From: Bispira polyomma
Lineage: Eukaryota
Assembly (NCBI GenBank): GCA_965649765.1
Contig: OZ287749.1
Span: forward strand, 39,928,001-39,992,000
Length of the DNA: 64,000 nt
Reading direction: 5' to 3'
Numbering within the stretch: the first letter of the stretch is position 1; each line of letters begins with the position of its first letter. The translations under genes were made by a program, and so were the position numbers. Positions 25,201 to 37,200 of this stretch are shown here, piece after piece. Under the pieces are notes generated by a model. It was not told the DNA's origin. It was given only the letters and a program-made list of their open reading frames with translations, and did no database searches.

Positions 25201-28200
25201 TAAAAGTTCGTGATACAGATTTACTACAGATCAATTTGTCACATAAAATTACATTAAACAATAATAATGTCTGTAGGGTACACCTCCTCGACTGGTGCCT
25301 TGTTACAAATAAAATGTCATGAACTTAGTTTTATTCCTAAATCTTGGTGAGATAGCTCTATAAAAATAAAAAGATCACCAAGATGCTAGTGTTAGGGTAA
25401 ATTTCTTTGTTGTAGTACACTATAATATATCAGATACCTTTAACTCTGTTCAATACGTTAATTAATAACACAAACAACAAGTATCCCTGTAAGTCAGCCT
25501 AGTTAAAAACTTCAGATAACAGATATGCAGTTTCATTTAAAAATTAAGCTTACCAAACTAAGCGATACTCCAAACTTTTATTGAATTCCTCATGGAATGA
25601 GCATTTTATTTATTATACATTTATCTACTTATCTGGTATCCAAACGCTTATGTATGTTTACTTAACTGCTCAAGTACAACCAACTAGCCCCAGCAACTGG
25701 CAATACCCTGGCTGAAGAGAGAAACTTGAGGAGAGCACCATTTATCAACGCCCTCAGGTTGGTTTAGCCTGCTGTTGGGGATAGGACCAGTCAACTGCTA
25801 TTTTAACTGGTCATCTGAGCCAGTATGTATCTAGCTATACACGGTCACTCAATGCTGGGATCAAACCCTGGTTTTCTGTGTTCCTGGACGAGAGTGTTAC
25901 CCACTAGTGAATTACAATTAAAATACTAAAAATGAGCAAATTATTGTAAGTGTCAGCTATACAAAAGACACATCAGAAGGATGTTTTAGTTCGGTTATTC
26001 AAAATAAGTTTTATTCCCCTATATGGCTGTAGTAATTAATATACCTCGCTAAATGAAAATATCACATGCAATAACACTTAATTAACAGAGCAATACAGCT
26101 GTTTCTAGTTAATTAACCGAGCAATTCACGGTTTCTAGTTAATTTGCCATACAATTTAATGGCTTGCTAAATGAGCTTGGTGCATTATTTTTGGTAATTA
26201 ATTGTAGTAGGTGACTTTATTTTAAATCTTAGGAAGTACGCTTTTGTAATAACTATTTTAAGTATGATATCTACTTGATCTCTTCCTTCTGTCTATATTA
26301 TCAGAATGCTATGCGGAGTGTGAAACATAGCACAAGATGAAGTAAATGGGAATCATGGTTCACCAAACGGCTGGTTGTAGACTTTTTGGACGTCAAAAAC
26401 AACTGGTTTGGCTAATACTACAACACATGGAAAGGCATTGTGCTATACAATGGAAACTGATAAAAAGAATGTATTCAAACACCTCTTCATAGCATTGTCC
26501 ATTTTTTTCAGGGTGTGTGTGCTTTAGTTTATTTAGGATTTATGTTGTTACCAGGGGGATGGCACATAAGAACTAGTGTCTAGGGAGTTAAACTGGTTAT
26601 TAGGAGGTTCCCAGTTAACTTGCACTTTGGAAATTAGTCTAGTAATAAGATCACTAGTTAATCTCATAGTATCACCTTAATGGTGATTGTGGTGACTAAC
26701 AAGCTTGGGTAAGATGTAAAGATCCAATTTGACTGCTGATGAGGGTTAATTAGCCGTGTATTAGGATCACGATTAATGGTTTGTCAATTCTGATGTTGTG
26801 CTTCAAATGATGCCTGACATCAACAGGGCACCTTAAAAATCCACAGTTTAATTTAGCGTGACTTCCAACAATGTTAATGTCACATTATTTCAGCCAGGTT
26901 GTTTGGTGTAGGAACCAGTGGGATTTGAGCTACTATTTCGGTGTGAGGCAAGTGATCCTGCTTTGAGTACTTTAAATGGGCCTGTGTCATAAGCCAGCAT
27001 TGAACCAGGGACTTGGTGATCACGATACCTGCTCCCTTACCACTAGGCTACATGGGACCTGTCTGTAGTCTCCTGTAGTATACAGTTAAACTAAGTGGTT
27101 GTGGATCGTTCACCACTGGTCATTTGTCATCATATTATAAGACTGTTTGCTGGTGGTGGATATTATTGGTTAACTGTTGGAAACTATTATTATAATACTC
27201 ACGTGTTATAGAGTTGTATGTCAGGCATCCAGATAAAGCTAGGGTCAATCCTCAACTTGTCCACTCCCCCATACTGATGGGGATCCCACCTCAGGAACTC
27301 GTCCACCCACATCTGTTAGTATAACCACACAGTACAGGAGAAGGACCTGTTAATATTTAACTACATTACCATGGTAAACTTATATTTACTTAAGTTTCAT
27401 TTTACCATGCCATGTTGCATTCTCAAAGAATGAAAAACTTATTATACATTACTTAATTTATAGTGTACATATCTTTGCATGCACTCAAATACTTAAGTTG
27501 TGGTGTGTACATATCTTAGTATGCACTCAAATACTTAAGTTATGGTGTAAATTTAACAATTAAATTAGTTTTTAGTTAATATTGTGGTTGCATGCAATTG
27601 TGGTTATATTATATGTTGCAAATATTTATACTAGGCATACAATCTGCTCCAAATTACACTAGTCCTGTCCAGATCACACAAGTTCTGAGCAGGTTTTTCC
27701 CCGTTTATGCCCGACCACACCCATTATCTCCAGGTCTCTCCAGATGTGCTTTTAGAGCCGACAACCCACGGAGGTTTTGAACATGTTTTAAAATTCAGGG
27801 AATCAGAAAACTCATTATTTTCGAGTGCATACTACATAAGTCTTTGTTATAGTAGTCCGGTTCCTGAAAATGCTGAGCCTTGATTTTGGTTTGCATTTAG
27901 ATTTTGTGTCCTGATTGAATCTAATAAGTATAGAATGACTTGTTTTGGGAGACAACATAAACTTCGTTCAGTTACTTGAAGTCACAACCCCACATCTAGG
28001 GATGTTACTAATCAAACTTATCCCTATCAGTATATTCAGTCCAAGTCATTACACTACTCACATATCTGGTCCATACACTAAGGTTTAGAGTTTTTCTCTT
28101 TTCATCGAAGGTCATCTCTATGAGTGCCAGGTCAAGGTTGACCTTTACTGTAGAGGTCACGGAGTGCACTGGTCTGGCAAACACAGAGCCTTGCAGTGAG

Positions 28201-31200
28201 TTGTAGGCAGTAAGTATGTCATGAAGGAGTCTCCTTTCCTCTGATGACCTGTAAAACAGAGCCGAGAGACTTAAACTTACAGCTGGACAACTTTGCATTA
28301 TTTCGTAGCACTATCCATGGGCTGCGGTGGCCTAGTGGTTAGCAAGCATTGCGTTTCACAATCACTGGTCTCTCACCTCTGGTGTGGGTGAGTTCGAATC
28401 CTGTCGATGCCTATGTGGGAAAGGTGGTAGTTCCTTACTGTGGGCCGCTTGTTTCAGTGCAGAACCTTGATCAACTGTATGCAGTGTTTCCTCCAGCGTT
28501 TCCAACTACCCGTCCCAATATAACCTAAACAGGTACTAGAGTGGATGTCAAATATCGTAGCACTATCCAACAATATATTATAATCAAACTTTTATAGTGC
28601 TTAAGCTCCATTATAGTGGATTCTAAGGCGCATTTATCATTATCATATTCAAGTTTCGTAACGTTTTTTGAGGGAAGGTGGTTGTATCCAAGGTGATGCT
28701 GGACTGAATATGTAATTAAGGAGGAAGGGGTGTAGTGGCAATGATTGCTGTTAATATGTAACATTTTTAGTAAATATAGGTATATTAATTTACAGTGAAA
28801 CTATCCAGTTCTATATGTTATGTATAGTGTAATTTACTGTATCTTTGCTGGAGTTGATTTAAAATTTTACTTTATAAAACCTGTTTGAAACGATGCTGTA
28901 CAGTTGGACAATGTACGATTTACATGTTTAAAGGAATAAGTTTGGTTTATTAATCAGTTAAAATTAATTGGTGTGTACTCGAACATACAACCAAAAAGAT
29001 ACATAGAGATAAATCAGAAACAGTTATCGGTTGTTTTAGTTAAATGGTGATTGCACTATGCCAATTTGGTCCCCGACCTTTCCGATTTTTATGTCCGGAG
29101 CAAAATTTGTATAGGTCCAGGTGCAAAAATGGGGCGAACATGCTGCTCGCAAAAGGTATCCAACATGCTTAATATTTTTAAAAAGTCCCCCGGACTAGCC
29201 CCTCGACCTCTAAAAGCGGGAAGGTCGGTATCGCCAAATAAGTTTGATCTTATTGTTATTACGTTCTGTCTGATAGGTCTTATCTGACGCCCTGTCGTAA
29301 CACTGGCCCCGTAAAGTATAGGTCGTGGGTGAAAACGGGGTGAATGTAAAGAATATAAAACCATTTTGTCAGTTATTTTGCCATAGCAGTCCCGATTTTG
29401 ATTATTAGAAGCACGATCATGATAAACGGGGGGCTACAGATCCGTCAGATCCTATCGCCAATAAATTCGATCCTATCGCCAGTAAGTTTGATTCGAGGGC
29501 AATACGTCAGATCCTATCGCCATTAAGTTCAATTAAAAGTAAATAAATAAATGTTGACAGTGTTTGTCTCTTTGTAATTATACACACTAACTTAGGACAC
29601 TAAAGTAACAAACAGTATACATGTACTGTTTAGTAGAGTTACTGCTGATGAATGGACAGAACAGTGTAGATAACTATTAAAAGGGGTTAACCTCACAACC
29701 GTAGCAACAGTTAAAGGCTGTACAAGGTACAATTGAGAAATGATTGACAGATTATTTAGCTTGACAACGAAAAAAAAAGATTCTAATCATGAAATGTCAA
29801 ACTGATATTTTTTATAATTACGAAATTAATGCTTTTCAAAAGGAATCCATTTAAAGAGAGAGTGATGCCTGCTTCGTAAAGTAAAGCTCCTAGTTAAAAA
29901 AAACTAAGTTAGTATTTCTTTATTGTAAAAAAATAGTAACAAGTTGATTAATTTTTCAAATTCACTTGGAGCCTGCTTTGAAACTTGTGAGTAGAGTTAA
30001 AAAACTAAAGTCTTTCAGTGTGTGTGTGTGTATAAAAACACAATGAGATTTAGTAACAGAATTTTTAAGAGCTTTAATTATTGTAATCTAATACCTACTT
30101 GAGATCTGTAATTAAAGAGGACAAGGGGGCATCAAGTATCAGGAGTTGGGCTATATGACACTCTCCCCATGCCATAAGGCTCATCTTAACAACACGGAGG
30201 ACAGATACATTACCTCTAAGACCTAAACATACACCTGATCTCACCATTCTCCTGCCGGCAAAGATTTCTGACAAATTTTTGGCTAACTTTGCCCTTTATA
30301 GCAATTGTCTTCCAAAGTAACCTGTTTATTTACAAATGTCAACATTGGGTACTGAAAGTATAGACTATTTTTTTAGGAACCTTCTTTACCTTGCTTACTT
30401 GGGTCCAACATATTTTTAATAAATTATTTTTTTACAGCATTGGGTAAGGTATTGCATATTGTATTGCATGTTTCATTTCTAACACGCTTTATGGATAATA
30501 TAATCAGCATGTGGTCGCAGTGGTCTAGTGGTTAGACTGTCAGATTTTGGATCTGAAGGATATGAGGCTTCAGTTCGATCCTCACTGCAGGCCTGGAGAT
30601 TGTATACTTGGACAAGGTATTTCCCACAAAGTTGTCCCTCTCTATCCAGGTGTATAGGGAGCTGAGAGTGAACAACCGGTTGACAAGTGGAAGAGTCCAG
30701 GTTGGGGTGTCAACTGTGTACAGCTACATTTACATATGATAGGAAATGTATAACCAAGTTGTAGACATGCCAAAGTAAAACCCTGATACTTGCAGGACGT
30801 AAATAGGCTATTTTGTTAAAGCTTGATTGTGTACAATGTATATGTTACAGTGAATATGCGTAATCAGATATTATTAGGTAGTTGTTACACAGATTCACTG
30901 AACAAAATTCAGTGAATATGTGTAAGGGATAAACGTTATTTTCTCATAAAATTATGTAACAATATGCACATTAAATGGTTTATGGATTCTTTTAATGAAA
31001 TTAATTAATATCAGATACAAGTGTAACTGTTCAGTTTTACACATCTCAAATATGTTTAAGGGATTAAAGTCATTTTTACATAAAATTTATGTTTAAATAT
31101 GCACATAAAAAAATTATAAGTTCTGTCATTGAAAAAAAATTAATTATGTATTAATGTGTATGAGGGATTATACATATACTGTATTAATATTAATAGGATA

Positions 31201-34200
31201 AATATTTTTCAATAATTTAAGTTACAACCCTCATTGGCTTCACATGATAAACTAGAAATTGTTTTTTAATATTTCTTCTTCATATCATTAAATGATACCT
31301 TCCAATCAAGAAATTAACATAAAGATAAAAACAATTATTATTAATGCAGCTGATATGATTACTTGAAGATGTACGGTTGATTGCTTTGAAGTATGAACAT
31401 TTGGATGCAATAAGCTTATTTCAGATGTACACTTAATTGTTATGGCTTCTCACCTAAATATTCTTTCTAAGGTTTTTTTTATTCATTTAAAGAAACATTA
31501 AATACCATTCATTATAAAAGGATAAATTTCAAAACACTTTTGAATTAGAATCAATAGCAATTTTATAAAGGCCTGACATATTTTGGTTGATATTTATAAG
31601 TTGAAGTATTCAGTTATGTTCATTCCTAATTTATTAATAATAATATAAAAAATTAAAAAAAAATTAAAAAGAATTTAAAATTGCTAGCCAACAGCCACAT
31701 TTAAAAACAGGACATGCATACTACCTTTTGACAATGTATCTTCTCTATTGGATTACAAAAGTAAAGTTTACATTTAAAATTTACATTTGCTTTTAAAAAT
31801 TGATACATTTTTTTTTAAAATGTCAATTCTTCTTAGATTATATTTAAATCTGTTTTAAAAGTTTAACTTTCATACAAATAATCAAATTTCAGATATTGTA
31901 TAACAATGTTTGATATTATGATTACTTTCGTTTAATTTGAATATTTTTTGAGACTTTTAAACTGCTCATCACAAACTATACACAGTTGCTGAAATCGATT
32001 ATATAACTCAAAACCAGAGTTGTCTTTAAAAAAAACACATTGGAGCACAGTGTGATTGGCACCCCTTAGTTTGGGTCTAAATTGTATTTCAAACAATAGT
32101 GAAATAATAGATACTCTTTCTGCACTAGTGAGACCCAAGGCTCCCACTAGTATATCAGAGACTTCCTCTTTCATGCTTCCAGCTGTGCCTGATAATCACC
32201 TTGTAATATTAATCTGATAAGCATCAATTTGACCAGGTCAATTGCTTCCAATTAATCCATAATGGCCTTACATATTTCTAGCATGGTGGCGCCCTTTATA
32301 GAGTGAAAACAATATAACGCATGCCTGATAATAAACCCAAGACATTATCTCACATATAAAAGTCTATCCCTGCTTAGCCTTGTGGTGGTGTCGTTTTGAC
32401 AATGCCCGATTTAAAAATGGCACCCCAGTGGGGTTTCAACACCAATGACCTTAAAATCTCACTTTATTCCTTAGAGAATCTGTATACAAGTTGTAAATAC
32501 CTGTTACATATAAGGACATTGTTGTTTGTCAGTGCAGAACTGGTCTAGTTAGTACTAATGTTTCTTACACTCTGCTAGAGTGATCTATTTATAGATTTGA
32601 GGAAACCCCCATAAGCCTCTAGAAGCAAGTTCTGTGTAGTGTTTTTATTGGGTTTGTGTTGACCTGTTTACATTTAATTTTAGAGTCTTCTAGCAACTGT
32701 TGTTTACTGTTACATATAAGGACATTGTGGTATGTTAAAGCACTCTGCTAGAGTGATCTATTTATAGATTTGGGGAAACCCCTAAGCTTCTAGAAGCTGT
32801 TTCTATTTTGTTTCTGTTGTTATTGAAGCTGTCCTTATTTGTTTACATCTCAATCTAGAACATTCTAGAAATTGTTCACATATTCTAGCAACCTTCTCTA
32901 GCAGTGGTATATATAAGGATTGACAGCCTGGCCACAGACCAGAGTTTATTGAGTTGGTGTGCTATATGAACTGCTTTACTGTGAAACATTTTATTTCTTT
33001 TCCTGTGGATATAAACTGATTACTATATATGTTTTTGTGGTGAACTCATTGGAGTGAACTAGATAAAAGTTGTGGATCTACCAGAGATTGGATTTACTGC
33101 ATATTGGATATTGTTTGCATCCTGGACTGGATAGCTTAGTTGTGTAGACTCTCTGGATATATACATTTTGTGTTTGTGGACATCGAACGGATAACAGGAT
33201 ACAGGCATTGTGTGGACACCGAGCGGATCTCAAGACAGATTGCTAGATACAGTGGACAAACTTGTTTAATTGTTATTTATGTGGACAGGACTGTGGTCAG
33301 GTCAGATTGGTTTCATTATTGTATTATTGTATGAACTATTAAGGGTATCTCAGTTGACTGTAATTCTGTAATTCTGTAATTGTTATTTTATTTGTTAAAT
33401 AAATTTGTTAAGTGAAACTTTTTGTCTTTTCCTGTTACAACCTCAAAGCAACCGGTAATTGCTACCGCGCTTGCTCCCGTGACCGTAACAATACCTGACA
33501 CCAACATGTTAGGTATACATAGAGATACAATGTTTAGCTCATTTGTGGCTTTTTATTTCACTTTGAATTTAAAAGATTGAAATTGCAATCCCTCCAAAAA
33601 AACTTAGCAGATTTATAACTAAGTTATAAATTTGAAATGTGGTCAGTGGCACATATTTTTTGTTGCGATGGGTTATTAACAAGACTATAAACAATATTTC
33701 CACACCAATTTCAAATAGGTGTACATTATTGTTAATTATTATTTGTGCGTTAAAATGGCACCTGCTGATAAGGTACCGATTCAAAACGGCCTACATACTT
33801 TGCTAAGTGTGTAACTTAAAATGCCTGTACCTATTTCTTAAATACTTATTTCTATACTTATTTCTATAGTTGCCTCACTAGTAACTAATAAATATGCGAT
33901 ATGTTAAAGTTTTCTGCTTAATTTTGTGAGGAACCGGAGAGTATAATGCCAGTGTATAGGGCGAGTATCTAAAACCTGAACTGTACAATAAGAATACCTT
34001 GCAGTCCCATTAGTTAAAAGTAATGTGTAGTTTTCTAAGTTTTGTATCTATATAGTGTTGTTTTAATAGTGAAATGACACTGTATTTCTCGCCTAGCTTA
34101 GTGGTTAGTGAGTTGGTGTGGTTAACATAAAGTCCCTGGTTTGACTCTCAGTAGTACAATAATGGTTACTGCGGGATAACATCCTTGGGCAAGATGTTAA

Positions 34201-37200
34201 AATGCCATTGTATACTGATGATGACCAATGCCAAGTTGTAGGGCTATCTCTTCTTGGAGGATAAAATATCAATTTGGTGCTGTATAAATTCTTCAAATGA
34301 ATAAAATAGAACTGATTTTTATCCTTATCTTAGAAAAAAAGACATATTTCACTCATCAGTTCTGCCGTAAAATAACATGAATTCCTTGCAGCTTCTCCCT
34401 TTAATATACAGATGTATACAGGGCACAGTATAAGGCATCACAGCAAATTACAAATGTAAAAAATCCACTTCATAAAAGCTGACAATTTTGCTCCGAAAGA
34501 CCACACCCTTTCTTATTAATACAGGAATAAGAGTGAGACTAAAGTTCAAAGTATTTTTTCCACAATCCCTTCTTACCATTTGTGAGGACACTTTCCACGC
34601 TGTTAATCATCCTAATGGTATCAGGAAGTCTGACTGAGATCACCCCAAACTAATCATGTTGTGTTGCAGTTTTTAAAGACTAGCAGGTATATGGTGTTTA
34701 AAGTAGGACAGAACATTATATAGGAACATGGCTTGTAATATAATGGTGCTGGATTGTCTTTGAAATCTTACAATGGAAGTAAAGTATCAGTGACTGAAAA
34801 ATAAATTAGAAATCTATTGTATGCGTTGTTTGGTTAAGAAATTCTCTCTGTTGTTTTGTGAAATAATAATTAAAGTTTGTAGCTTGATCCAGTGTGTGTC
34901 CTTGTATAAAGAAATGAAGTGTGTGATTTGAGAGAGATGGAGGAACAACATTAGCTGGCAAGAGACGTACTGTTGAGTGATACATACATGGAGGATGATT
35001 CTAGTAGAGACCGTTAAAACAGCAACCTATCTCTAGTACAACGCCTATACTGTCTACATCCCAATATACACTATTCAAATAGATACAAAGCAAAGGAGGG
35101 GCCTCTTTATCAACTAACTGATTTATTTTAAGTACAGCATTTATGTTTTACTGTTCTAACATATATAACTTTTTTTTTCTAATATATTTCTTTGTTTATT
35201 TCAGGAATTCCAAGCAATATGTGTGATAGGTTATTTTGTCTAAAAACCGGACCAATATGAAGATGTATGGAGGATATAATTGTACTGTTCCACTATCATA
35301 AATGGTCGGAGAGACCCTGATTATGCGATTGTGAGCAATTCTTGGTGTTTCCCCATGATGTTTTAAAAAAGAGCGGAAAAAAATGCGTCACCACAATCAT
35401 GTTTTACAAACATGCTGATAAGTCATAATCATTATGATCGACCTCCCCATTTGGTAAAAATAAGTCATTGGAATCCCCTGACCTCTCCGATAAGTCGTTA
35501 GCATTACGTTTGATTGTCCCGATTAGTTGTCAGGATCACATTTTTTGGCTACCAACCTCCCCGATTGCTAAAGATAAGTTGGAACTGCTTAGAATCTAAA
35601 AAAAATAGGTCATAAGAGCCTTACGATTGAGTCGTTAGACAGTAAGATAACACAGCCGAAGGTGATCCAGATCAAAATCTTGGTAATAACAATCAGCGGG
35701 TAATATTATTATCAAACACTATATAAACGAGGGTATAAACTTGAATCCAGACAGTTTTAATCCAGACGTCAAGTGATCAACATGGTTCCACAAAGAATAA
35801 TAAATCTAGCAAATGAACTTAGTGCTGTAATTGCCTACATGCAAGCGGGGACGCGTTGGCCTAGTGGTTAGCAAGCATTGTGCTTCACAATCACTGGTCT
35901 CTTATCTCTAGGATAAACTGGCGTGGGTTCGACTCCCGCCGATGCCTATGTGGTAAAGGTGGTAGTTCTTTACTGTGGGCCACTGGTTTCAGTGCAGAAC
36001 TGTGATCAACTGTATGCAGTGTTTCCTCCAACGATTCCAACTACCCGTCCTAATATAACCCAAACAGGTACTAGAGTGAACGTTAAATATCCCAATTTAA
36101 TTCAATTCAAAGCCTACATGCAAGCACAACTAATGGTTATTATGGACACGCCAAGGTTCTGGATCAAGCCATGGCTCAGGGAAAGGGAAGAACATGGACA
36201 CTACACACCACTCATGCCACGCCTGAAGCTGTTGTATTTCAGGAGATGGAGAGGAGGGTGAGGTACTGGTTACAGAGACATACCACCTGGTACGTGAAGG
36301 CACTGGCCCCTAGACTCAAGATAGCCATCACTTTGAGGCATTTGGCTACCAGGGAGTCCTACACATCGCTACAGTACTCGTTCGTGGTGGGCAGGTCACC
36401 CATAACCAAGTTTGTGCCTGGAGTTTGTCAGGCCATTATTGATGAGTACCAGGAAGAATTCCTCACATGCCCCACCAGCACCAACGACTGGAGAAAAAGG
36501 TCGAGTCCGTGTTCCAGAACACGTGGAACCCTGGGAGCAATAGACAGCAAATACATTGCTATGATATGCCAGAGAAAAGGTGGGAGCGAGTATTTTAACT
36601 AAAAGGGTTACCACTCAATCATCGTGCTTGCACTGGTAGATGGGGATTAGCATTTCCTGTGGCTTGACATAGGTTCAAGCGGCTCATGCTTGGATGCCCA
36701 GATTTTAAACAGATCCAAACTGAAGGAGAAAATAATGGACAAGTTAATCAATTCCCCCCCCCACCCTGAAACATTAGTCCCGTCAGAGCCCCTGTCCCAT
36801 ACTTCATCCTAGGAGATGACGCGTTTGCTCTAAAGACATGATTGATGAAACCCTACTCCCGATGAGGGGTGGACATGAATGAAAGGTTACACAATTATAG
36901 GATCTCCTTTAGCCGTAGAGTAGTCCAAAATGCATTTGGGATTTTATTCTAGAGATTCTGGATGCTTCTGTCTACAATGCCGCAACAGCCACCATAGATT
37001 TAGCATGTGTGGTCCAGCACAATGTGATGAGGACTGCAGCTATCAACATGGCTAATCCAGATAATCCACAATATGAACCACCTGTCCCACTGATAGCAGC
37101 ACGTGTTGGAAGAAACAACCTACCCAACTGTAGAAATCCCAGCAGGGCAACAAGAGAACAGAGGGAGTTACTCATGCAATATTTCACCAATGAGGGGGCA

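Noticed and set aside
28318-28402. tRNA genes at SINE heads (also about 10606, 30511, 35847, 51446)
   Set aside because: A and B boxes are present but there is no full cloverleaf; they are followed by shared SINE bodies and, for family A, flanked by TSDs.
27600-29530. CG-richer patches (about 27650-27790, 29050-29530) resembling Harbinger subterminal sequence
   Set aside because: Probably transposon remnants, but I could not define paired TIRs or TSDs.
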